Shown: positions 9,633 to 19,356 of the stretch, piece by piece
Layout: each line of letters starts with the position of its first letter
Numbering within the stretch: position 1 is the first letter of the stretch
Assembly (NCBI GenBank): GCA_002404865.1
Contig: DHKP01000007.1
Span: forward strand, 9,791-73,790
Origin: Bacillales bacterium UBA4691
GTDB lineage: Bacteria; Bacillota_I; Bacilli_A; RFN20; CAG-826
DNA: 64,000 nucleotides
Direction of reading: 5' to 3'
The notes under the pieces: model-generated
Database searches by the model: none
Told to the model about the DNA's origin: nothing
What the model saw: only the letters and a program-made list of their open reading frames with translations
Position numbers and translations under genes: made by a program

Positions 9633-12368
9633 ATGCGTCGTAAACTTGGATATTGCTTATTAACGGGAAGTCTAATTTTGGCTGCCCTTAGTGTGATTGG
9701 CCCAACCGTTGTTGGTCTCGACACGGATTTAACTTATGGATCGGGCCGTGATTTGGTCTATAAAATTTCCAAAGTAGATACCACATACGGAGGAGTAGAA
9801 GCTTCTAATTATATCGATGCCTCCGATAAAGAAGCCGTCGATCTTGTTGGTGAAGAAATGGAAAAACGTCTCAAGACGATGGATGTGGAAGCCGAAGTCG
9901 TCAAAGAAGGATACGACACAGTGCGAGTCAAGCTCAGAACCGCTAAAGATGATGAGACCAAATACCAATATCTGCAAAAATACTTAGCCTTCAGCGGTGG
10001 AGATTTCACTATCGGCGCATCGTTAGATGAAGGAAATGAGGATTATAAAGTTTACGATAAATGGCATAATCCTTTTAAAGAAAATAGCGCAGAGATTCGT
10101 TATATCTCTACAAGTAAAGGAAGCGTTCCCGCCGTTGTAGTCCCTTTAAAGGATGATGAAGATCTTCGCGGAGAAAATGGTCAATTCAATACCTTAGTGA
10201 AATATTGCAAAGACAACACGCAAGAAGCGAATGAATCGGAAGGCAAAGAAGCAAAGAATTGCTATTTTGTGCTTTGGGCAAATAAGCAAGTCAGTGATAC
10301 CTATGCCAAAACGGAAAGCTCTAATTCCGCTTATGATCCCAATGTTGCTTCACGTTTAATTTTTGCTGAGCAGGGTACTGAGGCATGGTATCAAGCCAAG
10401 GAAGAGGCCGATAATTATAAAGAATTCCAGCTCATTCCTTCTAGTGCCGCAATCACGAGCGAAGGCTACGATTCTTCTAAGGCCGATGCCGCTTATCAAG
10501 CAGCCTTCTATTATAAAAATCTTCTCAACGCCACAAGTTATAAAGATTTAGGTGTAAATGGATACGATGTCACGTTTGCTTTCTATGACACAACAAGAGC
10601 GACCGTTGAACCGCTTGTTAACTTCGGAAACTGGGCGGTCCATCCTAATTTTGGCGCAACTTTCATCGCTTCATTGATTGCATTTGCGTTTTTAGCGGTC
10701 CTCTTAGTTAGTCTTTACCGTCTTGGTGCTTTGGCGATTCTCTCCAATGTTGCCATCGCTTTGCTTTCTAGTTTATTGATGTTCTCTTTCTTCGGGGCAC
10801 AGTTCGGAGTAGGCGCCTTAATCGGTCTAGCCTTAGTCGCTTTGATCACTACTTTCGGTGGCATGTACTATTTCAGCAAATTCAAAGAGCAAGTATTCCA
10901 AGGTAGATCTTTGAGGAAATCACACGAAGAGGCCTCAAAACGTTCTTTGTGGCCAACGATTGATGCTGGAGTTATCGGAATTATCGTTGGTTTATGCGTT
11001 TACGGTTTTATTCCTAGCGTCGTCGGGAAACTTGGATTAATGCTCGTTTTGGGCTCTTTCTTTGGAACGTTATCGAATCTTTTGCTCTTGCGGCTTGAAG
11101 GATACATGCTAGCGAATGACCAAGATTGCGAAAAAGATTTTGGCAAGATTTATAATATTGATGTCACGAAGGTTCCTAACCTCGCTAAAGAAGAAAAGCC
11201 TTCTTATTTCGGCGCGTTTGCTTCAAAAGATTTCGGAAAACACTCTAAGACGATTGGAATTATTGCTTCTTTAATGGCTTTAGCCAGCGTTATTGGCTTA
11301 TCAACATTTAACGCTATAAACGGCGCTCCATATAACTATGCAAATCGTTATAACGATACGACCGTTAGCTATATCGAATACCGCGTAAGTAGCGGTTCCT
11401 TATTAACGTTCACTACTTCCGCCGATTTAGAAGATAAAGTCCTTAAAAATATTTATATTGTCAATGACAATGAGCAAAAACAGATTGCATATAATAGCGT
11501 TTCTTTAGAAAGTGGAAGCGTGCATTATACGAAAGAAGAGAAAACACTCGATGTACATTATTTCACCGTTAATTGGGCCGATCACTATGATGTAACAGAA
11601 ACTTATCAATTCGTACTAGACTTCTCTGGAGCAAAAGAAACAATCAATTCTGATTTCAACGGTGCCTTAACTAGAGCTGTTGAAAAAGTGGCTAAAGATG
11701 GAATTTACGTTTCCACAAATAACGTTGTTGGCCAAGCTAGCGAACCTAGTTTAGGCGTCGTTTGGCTCGGATTTGGGGTCGGAATGCTAATTGCAACCGC
11801 TTATCTAGCAATTCGTTATCGCCTATCGCGTGGCTTAGCTACAGGCTTGCTCGCTACAGGAGCGGCTACAATTACCATGGGGTTCTTTTCCTTGACGCGT
11901 TTAGCCTCTGTCCCTTTAGTGTCGATTGGCGGAATCGTAGCAGGGCTGCTCGTCTTAATCGCTTCGTTATTCATTTTAGAAAAAGAAAAAGAATTAGCCC
12001 GCGATTCACGCGAAAAAGACAAGGATTCGCTTGCTTTTAGAACGCTTTGTATCTCATCTGCAAACGCGCAAGCGGCCGAATCTGTATTAGGGTTTGCCTT
12101 TATTTCTGCTTTCGGCTTCATTTGGTATATGGGATTCATGCCAAGCATTTGGACAATGATATATTTAGGGATTATGGTTGGCATAGTCATTATGGCTCTG
12201 TTTACCCTTACCTTATTGGCCCCAAGTTCTATCCTTTTGGCACGTGCTTTATCTCGCATTAATATTTCCATTAAGCCGAAAAAGAAAACACCAACCGCTC
12301 CAACTCCAGCAGGAAGAAGACGTGGAGCCGAGCCTGAAGAAGCTATCTTTATCGGAATCAACGACTAA
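9633..12368 (+). CDS. secDF: SecDF-like fused RND-superfamily protein-export membrane protein
   Basis: 911 aa. Topology is TM1, a large extracytoplasmic domain, TM2-6, TM7, a second extracytoplasmic domain, then TM8-12. N-terminal GLDxxLxxGSG is SecD-like and ITMGFFSL matches SecF ITLGIFSL. Position after ruvAB matches B. subtilis. Confidence 0.65.
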   Translation: MRRKLGYCLLTGSLILAALSVIGPTVVGLDTDLTYGSGRDLVYKISKVDTTYGGVEASNYIDASDKEAVDLVGEEMEKRLKTMDVEAEVVKEGYDTVRVKLRTAKDDETKYQYLQKYLAFSGGDFTIGASLDEGNEDYKVYDKWHNPFKENSAEIRYISTSKGSVPAVVVPLKDDEDLRGENGQFNTLVKYCKDNTQEANESEGKEAKNCYFVLWANKQVSDTYAKTESSNSAYDPNVASRLIFAEQGTEAWYQAKEEADNYKEFQLIPSSAAITSEGYDSSKADAAYQAAFYYKNLLNATSYKDLGVNGYDVTFAFYDTTRATVEPLVNFGNWAVHPNFGATFIASLIAFAFLAVLLVSLYRLGALAILSNVAIALLSSLLMFSFFGAQFGVGALIGLALVALITTFGGMYYFSKFKEQVFQGRSLRKSHEEASKRSLWPTIDAGVIGIIVGLCVYGFIPSVVGKLGLMLVLGSFFGTLSNLLLLRLEGYMLANDQDCEKDFGKIYNIDVTKVPNLAKEEKPSYFGAFASKDFGKHSKTIGIIASLMALASVIGLSTFNAINGAPYNYANRYNDTTVSYIEYRVSSGSLLTFTTSADLEDKVLKNIYIVNDNEQKQIAYNSVSLESGSVHYTKEEKTLDVHYFTVNWADHYDVTETYQFVLDFSGAKETINSDFNGALTRAVEKVAKDGIYVSTNNVVGQASEPSLGVVWLGFGVGMLIATAYLAIRYRLSRGLATGLLATGAATITMGFFSLTRLASVPLVSIGGIVAGLLVLIASLFILEKEKELARDSREKDKDSLAFRTLCISSANAQAAESVLGFAFISAFGFIWYMGFMPSIWTMIYLGIMVGIVIMALFTLTLLAPSSILLARALSRINISIKPKKKTPTAPTPAGRRRGAEPEEAIFIGIND

Positions 12369-13927
12369 TGAATTCTTTTAAGGAAAAGCTTAAGAAATAT
12401 TACCAATTGGACGAGGATGCTTTCTTAAAGAAAATCGAGGCACCCTCGTTTTCTTGTTTGAAGAATATTTCCTCTTTTGATTGTGTAAAAGCCGCTCTTT
12501 CTCGTTTAGAAAAAGCGAAAAAGGGAAACGAAAAGGTTATCGTATACGGCGATTATGACTTTGATGGAATTTCCGCAACTAGCATTATTTATTCTTTGCT
12601 TTTAAAGATGGCTATCAATGCTAGTTATTATGTACCAAGCAGGTATCAAGATGGATATGGATTAAACGCGGAAAACGTGCTTCGCATCGCTAAGGCGGGG
12701 TTCTCCTTGATTTTCACGGTAGATAACGGAGTAACTGCCTTTGAAGCGATTCAAAAAGCCAATGAATTAGGGGTTGATGTGATTGTTTTAGACCATCATG
12801 AATACCAAGAAATTCCTTCTCCAATCGTAACCTTGATTCACCCAAATACGGTAGAGCTTACTCATCCTAGCGTTTCGGCAGGCTTCTTATCCTATTTATT
12901 CTATCGAGCCGCGACAAAGGAAGAGAACGAATATCTACTTTCTTTAGGCGCCACCAGCTTATTAAGCGATGCGATGCCCTTAATTTCTTATAACCGGGAC
13001 GCGGTGAACCTTGCTCTTGCATCGCTGAATAAGAATCGTTTTTTGCCCTTTTGTCTTTTAACGGAACGAAAACGTTTTTTTGCTTCGACTCTCCAGATGG
13101 AAATCATTCCAAAGGTTAACGCAGTAGGAAGAGTGGAAACCGGAAACGAAACCAATAGAGTGGTTCGCTATTTCGTTTCAAGTGACATAGAAACACAGAA
13201 AAAAATCGCTCTATACTTAGCAAAAGTAAACGAAAAAAGAAAAAGCTTAACCAAAGACGCAGAACAAAAAATTGTCTTCCCAAAAGATAAAGAAAGTATC
13301 TTCCTAGTTACCGATCTCTTAGAAGGATTAAATGGTCTACTGGCTAATCGTTTATTAAATGAATATGAAAAGCCAATCGCTGTCTTTTCTCCTTCTAAAA
13401 AAGACGACACCATTTATGTAGGAAGTTTAAGAAGCAAAGAAGGCTTTGATATTTTAAAGGCTCTAAGTGGAATCCATGCGCCTTTGCTAACCTCTGGAGG
13501 CCATGAATTTGCCGGAGGTGTGAGCATTAAAAAAGTCGATTTAGAAACTTTCAAAAAAGATTTTGAATTCGCAGCCATGAAACACCATCTCGAAAAGAAA
13601 GAGAGAATCACCATCGATATAGACAAATCCGAATGTACGATGGAGAATTTTTATTTGCTACAATCTCTTGGCCCGTTCGGAAATGAAAATCCTGCGCCTT
13701 TATTTTCTCTTTCTTTAAATCGAAGCGACTTGGCATTTACAAAAAACGGAAAATTCTTATCGACAAAGATTAACCAACAAGCACGTCTGTTCTCTTTTTC
13801 TTTGCGGGAAGAAAACGTTCCTCCTGACGAAAAAGTGTCATTTAATTGCCTCATGGAGGCAAATGAATGGAAGGGGAATATCTCCCTTCAGCTTTTAGTG
13901 CAAGAAATAAAAACTTTTTGTGAGTAA
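12368..13927 (+). CDS. recJ: single-stranded-DNA exonuclease RecJ (short form)
   Basis: DHH motif DHHEY plus a DHHA1-like region. Synteny secDF-recJ-relA. Only 519 aa against about 790 in Bacillus. Confidence 0.8.
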   Translation: MNSFKEKLKKYYQLDEDAFLKKIEAPSFSCLKNISSFDCVKAALSRLEKAKKGNEKVIVYGDYDFDGISATSIIYSLLLKMAINASYYVPSRYQDGYGLNAENVLRIAKAGFSLIFTVDNGVTAFEAIQKANELGVDVIVLDHHEYQEIPSPIVTLIHPNTVELTHPSVSAGFLSYLFYRAATKEENEYLLSLGATSLLSDAMPLISYNRDAVNLALASLNKNRFLPFCLLTERKRFFASTLQMEIIPKVNAVGRVETGNETNRVVRYFVSSDIETQKKIALYLAKVNEKRKSLTKDAEQKIVFPKDKESIFLVTDLLEGLNGLLANRLLNEYEKPIAVFSPSKKDDTIYVGSLRSKEGFDILKALSGIHAPLLTSGGHEFAGGVSIKKVDLETFKKDFEFAAMKHHLEKKERITIDIDKSECTMENFYLLQSLGPFGNENPAPLFSLSLNRSDLAFTKNGKFLSTKINQQARLFSFSLREENVPPDEKVSFNCLMEANEWKGNISLQLLVQEIKTFCE

Positions 13928-13966
13928 ATCTCGCGAGTTTTTCGTAGTAGCGTATAATAGCAAAGT

Positions 13967-16186
13967 ATGGAAGAACGCGGAAAAAAATCATTATTGCCGA
14001 ACGGCGGATACCCGATGCACACCTTCCAAGACGTGAAGGATCTTTTTTATACATATATTTTTAATCCAGAAGACCGGAAAATGGTGGAAGATGCCTATTT
14101 GTTTGCAAAAGAAAAGCATAATAATGTCTTCCGAAAATCCGGTGAGCCATATATTCAGCATCCTCTAGAAGTCGCTTATATTTTAGCGTCTTTGCAAGGT
14201 GGTCCTGCTACCTTGGCGGCCGGTTTTCTTCATGATGTAGTCGAAGATACCGACACGACAATCGATGATATCAAAGCTCGTTTCGGGGAAGACGTCGCGT
14301 TTTTAGTTGATTCCTTAACGAAAATCCAGCGGATGAAGCTCTCTCATCGTAGCGAAGCTGATTTTGAAGCCGAAGACCATCGAAAAATCTTTTTAGGAAT
14401 GGCAAAAGACGTTCGCGTAATTTTGGTAAAACTCGCCGATAGGCTCCACAACATGCGCACGCTTGATAGCTTATCCCCTGACCGGCAAAAGGCTCTAGCG
14501 AAAGAAACCCTTGATGTTTTTACTCCAATCGCACATCGTCTTGGAATTTATACCATTCAAAGCGAATTGGAGGATCTTTCTCTGAAATACCTTGAACCAG
14601 AAAAATACCAAGCGATTCTCCATATGCTTAACGAACGGGAAAAAAACCGTCAAGAATCTCTTGAAGCGCTAAAGAAACGGATTGCTGATATTTTATTCGA
14701 GAAAAAGATTCCATTTCGCATTGAAAGCCGCGTCAAAAGTATCTATTCAATTTATCGAAAAATGTATCTCAAGCATTATGATTTCGATGAAATCTATGAT
14801 GTTTTAGCTGTTAGAATCATTACCGAAACCGAATTGAATTGCTACGAAATTCTAGGGATTATCCATAGCACCTATAAACCTGTCCCTGGGCGATTTAAGG
14901 ATTATATCGCTATGCCTAAACCAAACTTGTATCAATCGTTGCATACCACAATCGTAGCGGGTGATGGCAATATCTATGAAGTGCAAATACGTACCAAAGA
15001 GATGGACGAAATCGCCGAAACAGGCGTCGCTGCCCATTGGCGTTACAAAGAAGGTAATCACTATAATGCAAAATTAGAGCAACAGGATATCGAGGAAAAG
15101 CTTCATTGGTTCCGTGATTTTGTAACCTTAGGAGAAGAAAGCGGAGACGATGCGAAAAGCTATATCGCTGCCTTAAGTAACGACATCTTTAATGCAAATG
15201 TATATGTTTTTACCCCTTTAGGAAAAGTCATCGATTTGCCACAAGGGGCCACAATTTTAGATTTTGCTTATAAAATTCACACAAAAGTCGGGGATAGCGC
15301 CGTGGGCGCGCTTGTCAATGGAGCGTTTGTCCCCTTAAACACCGAACTAAAAACCGGAGATGTTTGCGAGATCAAAACCAGCAAAAATTCTGCAGGTCCA
15401 AATGAAGGATGGCTTGAAATCGTCAAAACGGCTAGCGCAAAGAATCATATCCGAAAGGCACTTAACGCCAAAAACCAAGAATTCCTTGCTGAAGAAAACA
15501 TCCGTAAAGGCAAAGAATCGGCGATTGATTCCTTCAAGATGCAAGATATCGGCGAAGGAGAAATGGAAAAATATCTTTCCGATCCGAAAGTCCTTAACGA
15601 ATATCATTGCGCCGATTTGAACGCATTATATACCGCGATTGCAAATAAAAATCCTGTGCCTGGAGCCATTATTGATTTTTTGGGATTAAGAAAGAAGCCA
15701 AAAGCTATCAAGGCGCCTACACATAACGCCAATAACGACGATCGCAATCCGATTTACGTTTCCGGAGTCGACAATCTCGCTGTTGCGCTTGCTAAATGCT
15801 GCACTCCCGTTCCAGGGGATGACATTGTTGGATACGTAACAAAAGGAAAAGGGATTTCCGTTCATCGCGCCGATTGCCCGAATATCGCTAACGAGCAAAA
15901 ACGTTTGATTCCCGTTTATTGGAAAGATAACCTGAATAACTCTTCCTATCCAGTCGATATCCAAATATTTGCAAACGATCGAATGGGCCTATTAAACGAT
16001 ATTTTGAACTTATTAGCGAGTAAGAATATCCCGATTGCGGACGTTAAAGCACACGTTAACCCTTCCACCCTGGTTGATACCTTGACGCTCACAATTTATG
16101 TAAAAGACGCAAAAACAATTAACGATGCCTTTCTTTCGTTAAACGGAATAAAAAGCATAATCAGTTGCCAAAGAGTAACGCATTAA
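13967..16186 (+). CDS. relA: bifunctional (p)ppGpp synthetase/hydrolase RelA/SpoT
   Basis: HD domain, synthetase domain, TGS and ACT domains. 739 aa. Confidence 0.9.
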   Translation: MEERGKKSLLPNGGYPMHTFQDVKDLFYTYIFNPEDRKMVEDAYLFAKEKHNNVFRKSGEPYIQHPLEVAYILASLQGGPATLAAGFLHDVVEDTDTTIDDIKARFGEDVAFLVDSLTKIQRMKLSHRSEADFEAEDHRKIFLGMAKDVRVILVKLADRLHNMRTLDSLSPDRQKALAKETLDVFTPIAHRLGIYTIQSELEDLSLKYLEPEKYQAILHMLNEREKNRQESLEALKKRIADILFEKKIPFRIESRVKSIYSIYRKMYLKHYDFDEIYDVLAVRIITETELNCYEILGIIHSTYKPVPGRFKDYIAMPKPNLYQSLHTTIVAGDGNIYEVQIRTKEMDEIAETGVAAHWRYKEGNHYNAKLEQQDIEEKLHWFRDFVTLGEESGDDAKSYIAALSNDIFNANVYVFTPLGKVIDLPQGATILDFAYKIHTKVGDSAVGALVNGAFVPLNTELKTGDVCEIKTSKNSAGPNEGWLEIVKTASAKNHIRKALNAKNQEFLAEENIRKGKESAIDSFKMQDIGEGEMEKYLSDPKVLNEYHCADLNALYTAIANKNPVPGAIIDFLGLRKKPKAIKAPTHNANNDDRNPIYVSGVDNLAVALAKCCTPVPGDDIVGYVTKGKGISVHRADCPNIANEQKRLIPVYWKDNLNNSSYPVDIQIFANDRMGLLNDILNLLASKNIPIADVKAHVNPSTLVDTLTLTIYVKDAKTINDAFLSLNGIKSIISCQRVTH

Positions 16187-16197
16187 AGGAGAAAATT

Positions 16198-17544
16198 ATG
16201 GAATTTCAGCCAATTAAAGGAACGCACGACCTCTTCAATAAGGAAATGGACGAATACCACTATGTGACATCATTATTTCGTGCGGTAGTCGAACTATACG
16301 GGTATCATGAAATCATGACGCCATCTCTTGAATACACCGATGTGTTCGCGCGTGGTGCCGGGGAAAGTAGCGATATCGTTCGTAAAGAAATGTACACTTT
16401 CCTCGACAAGGGCAATCGTAGCGTTACGCTTCGCCCAGAATTTACGGCCGGGGTAATGAGAGCCATCGTAAGCAACAAACTTTACGCCTCCATGGATACG
16501 CCAATGAAATTCTTTTATTGCGGACCTGCTTTCCGCTACGAAAGGCCTCAGCTTGGTCGTTACCGCCAATTTAACCAATTTGGGGTTGAAGCGGTAGGAT
16601 ATGATTCTCCTCTTCTTGATGCAGAGACAATCATTATGGCAGTCCAAGCGTTCTCGATGCTTGGCTTTAAAGACATTTCCTTAAAAATCAACACGCTCGG
16701 CGACGATAATAGCCGCAAGGCCTATCGCGATGCACTCAAAAATTATTTCGCTTCCCACATCGATATGATGTGTGAAGATTGCCATGCGCGCCTAAATCTT
16801 AACCCTATGAGGATTCTCGACTGCAAAGTCGAAAAAGACCAAGAAATTGCCAAAAACGCTCCAAAAATGAAAGATTTCCTCTCCAAAGAAAGCGAAGAGA
16901 GATTTTATAAAACCATCAGCGTTTTGAACGATTTTGGGATTAAATACGAAATCGATGATTCGCTTGTTAGAGGACTTGACTACTATAGCGAAATCGTCTT
17001 TGAAGTCCATGCAAAAAGCAAAGACGGGAAAGATTACGGAGCGCTTTGCGGAGGAGGCCATTATACGGGCTTGACCAAACAATTTGGCGGTCCAGACATG
17101 GTGGGCGTAGGTTTTGCAGTAGGCGTAGAACGCATTATGGCCCTAATGGAAGAATGCGCATTATTCGACAATATCGAAAGCGAGCTTGATGTCTACCTTA
17201 TGCCAATCGGGGAAGAAATGATGGAAGAAGCCACTCATTTAGCAAGCGAGATTCGAATGTTAGGTTATAGCGTGGAAATGCCTTTCGCAGTCGCTAAGCT
17301 TGGAAACTATTTCAAGAAAGCAGAAAAGCGAAACGCCCGCTACGCCCTCATTTTAGGTGAAGAAGAACTCAAAAACGGCGTTTGTCAGCTCAAAAATCTG
17401 AAAACGAAAGAGCAAAAAGAAGTGAAATTAGATGATTTAGAATCCACCCTTGATGAAGAATTCGGGGAAGAAACGTGTACTTGCGAAGAATGCAATTGCA
17501 ATCAAGAAGACCATGAATGTTCTTGTCATCATCACGAAAAATAA
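16198..17544 (+). CDS. hisS: histidyl-tRNA synthetase with Cys/His-rich C-terminal tail
   Basis: Class II motifs. RBS AAAGGAG before the ATG at 16198; the track ORF starts earlier at 16165 and overlaps relA. The tail reads ...EETCTCEECNCNQEDHECSCHHHEK. Confidence 0.9.
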   Translation: MEFQPIKGTHDLFNKEMDEYHYVTSLFRAVVELYGYHEIMTPSLEYTDVFARGAGESSDIVRKEMYTFLDKGNRSVTLRPEFTAGVMRAIVSNKLYASMDTPMKFFYCGPAFRYERPQLGRYRQFNQFGVEAVGYDSPLLDAETIIMAVQAFSMLGFKDISLKINTLGDDNSRKAYRDALKNYFASHIDMMCEDCHARLNLNPMRILDCKVEKDQEIAKNAPKMKDFLSKESEERFYKTISVLNDFGIKYEIDDSLVRGLDYYSEIVFEVHAKSKDGKDYGALCGGGHYTGLTKQFGGPDMVGVGFAVGVERIMALMEECALFDNIESELDVYLMPIGEEMMEEATHLASEIRMLGYSVEMPFAVAKLGNYFKKAEKRNARYALILGEEELKNGVCQLKNLKTKEQKEVKLDDLESTLDEEFGEETCTCEECNCNQEDHECSCHHHEK

Positions 17545-17556
17545 GAGGGATTAATT

Positions 17557-19290
17557 ATGGAAAGAACGGATTATAATGGCGAATTGCGCTTAAAAGATGT
17601 CGGAAGAGAAGTTACTCTAGTCGGCTGGGTTTCCAACAAAAGAAATCTTGGCGCCATTGAATTTATCGATTTACGTGATAATACGGGGATTGTTCAACTT
17701 ATCATTACCGATTCCGCGAAAGCGCCAATCGTGCGTAATGAATATGTTATTTCGGTCAAAGGAAAGGTTAACAAAAAGGATGTCCCAAATCCAAAACTTC
17801 CTACTGGTGAAATCGAAGTTATCGTAGATGAACTCAAGGTCATCAACGTTGCCGAAAATCCACCTTTCATTATCGCGGACAATACTGATGCTTTAGAAGA
17901 TACAAGGCTTCAATACCGTTATTTGGATATTCGCCGTCCAATCATGCTTAAACGCTTAAGAACGAGAGCAAAAATATGCCAAATCACCCACGAATATTTC
18001 GATGAGAATCGCTTCTTAGAGGTAGAAACTCCAATCCTTAATCTTGCGACGCCAGAAGGAGCTAGAGACTATATCGTCCCTTCTCGCTTACATCATGGTG
18101 ATTTCTACGCTCTTCCTCAATCGCCACAATTATTTAAGCAGCTTCTCATGATTGGGGGAGTGGAACGTTATTACCAAATCGCACGTTGTTTCCGCGATGA
18201 GGATCTTCGAGCTGACCGTCAACCGGAATTCACGCAAATTGACGTCGAGACTTCTTTTCTTGATCAGGATCAAATTCTTACATTGTCGGAAAGATTTTTA
18301 GCAAAACTATTCAAGGAAATCGTAAATTACGAAGTAAAACTGCCACTTCGTCGCATTGATTATTGGGACGCAATGGATAAATATGGTAGCGATAAGCCCG
18401 ATACCCGCTATGACTTATTCCTTCATGATATCACATCTATCATGAAAAATAGCGCATTTGAAGGTTTCCATAACCAAAAATACGTAAAAGCGATTGTTAT
18501 CCCCTCTTACGCAGAAAAAGGCACAAGAAAGCTATTGGATGCTTTACAGCTAGAAGCAAGGAAATTCAATCTAAAAGGCGTAATGGCTTTAAAATTCCAA
18601 AACGAGAAATTAGAAGGTTCATTCACTAAGTTCTTATCGGAAGAAACACAAAATGAACTGATTCATGCCCTTTCCTTAAAAGAAGAAGATTATATTTTAT
18701 TTGCTAGTAGCGATTACCGTCAGGACATTGATTTCGGTTTAGGTGCGCTTAGAACGCGCTTTGCAAAAGAACTTGGCTACATTAAGCCAGGAACTTACGA
18801 TTTACTTTGGGTTATCAATTTCCCAATGTTTGACAAAATCGAAGGAACAGAGAATTCCTATACCGCTGAACATCACCCATTCACCCGTCCTCGCGATGAA
18901 GATCTAAAATATTTAGACTCTGATCCGGAGAAGGTTCTTGCTTACGCTTACGATATCATCATTAATGGTTATGAAGCAGGCGGGGGGACGCTAAGAATCT
19001 ATGACCATGATACGCAATGGAAAATCTTCTCAATACTGGGATTGAGTGAAGAGGATATCTCTCGCAAGTTCGGCTGGTTTATCGATGCTTTCAAATACGG
19101 AGTGCCTCCGCATGGCGGCATCGCATTTGGTTTAGAGCGTCTTTCGATGATATTATGCGGAACAGACAACATCCGTGATGTTATCGCGTTCCCAAAAAAT
19201 CTTCAGGCAGTCGATCCAATGTCTAAAGCTCCTGGAAGTGTCTCTGAAGACGCACTAGATGCAGTAGGAATTGAAATCAAAAAAGAGTAA
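17557..19290 (+). CDS. aspS: aspartyl-tRNA synthetase
   Basis: N-terminal OB fold and class II core. hisS-aspS synteny. Confidence 0.95.
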   Translation: MERTDYNGELRLKDVGREVTLVGWVSNKRNLGAIEFIDLRDNTGIVQLIITDSAKAPIVRNEYVISVKGKVNKKDVPNPKLPTGEIEVIVDELKVINVAENPPFIIADNTDALEDTRLQYRYLDIRRPIMLKRLRTRAKICQITHEYFDENRFLEVETPILNLATPEGARDYIVPSRLHHGDFYALPQSPQLFKQLLMIGGVERYYQIARCFRDEDLRADRQPEFTQIDVETSFLDQDQILTLSERFLAKLFKEIVNYEVKLPLRRIDYWDAMDKYGSDKPDTRYDLFLHDITSIMKNSAFEGFHNQKYVKAIVIPSYAEKGTRKLLDALQLEARKFNLKGVMALKFQNEKLEGSFTKFLSEETQNELIHALSLKEEDYILFASSDYRQDIDFGLGALRTRFAKELGYIKPGTYDLLWVINFPMFDKIEGTENSYTAEHHPFTRPRDEDLKYLDSDPEKVLAYAYDIIINGYEAGGGTLRIYDHDTQWKIFSILGLSEEDISRKFGWFIDAFKYGVPPHGGIAFGLERLSMILCGTDNIRDVIAFPKNLQAVDPMSKAPGSVSEDALDAVGIEIKKE

Positions 19291-19356
19291 TCATTATACT
19301 TTGTATAATGTAGCTACTAACAATTAACTAAAAAACAACTAAGGAGATTAGTAACC

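Noticed and set aside
11816-12361. Antisense or shadow ORFs inside real genes, for example the 181-aa ORF antisense to secDF. Other examples are 1519-1870 inside valS, 16294-16647 inside hisS, 37437-37781 inside parE and 57166-57603 inside the GT2 gene.
   Set aside because: They lie wholly inside well-supported genes on the opposite strand, have no RBS and show no family resemblance. They are typical of the codon bias of the sense gene.
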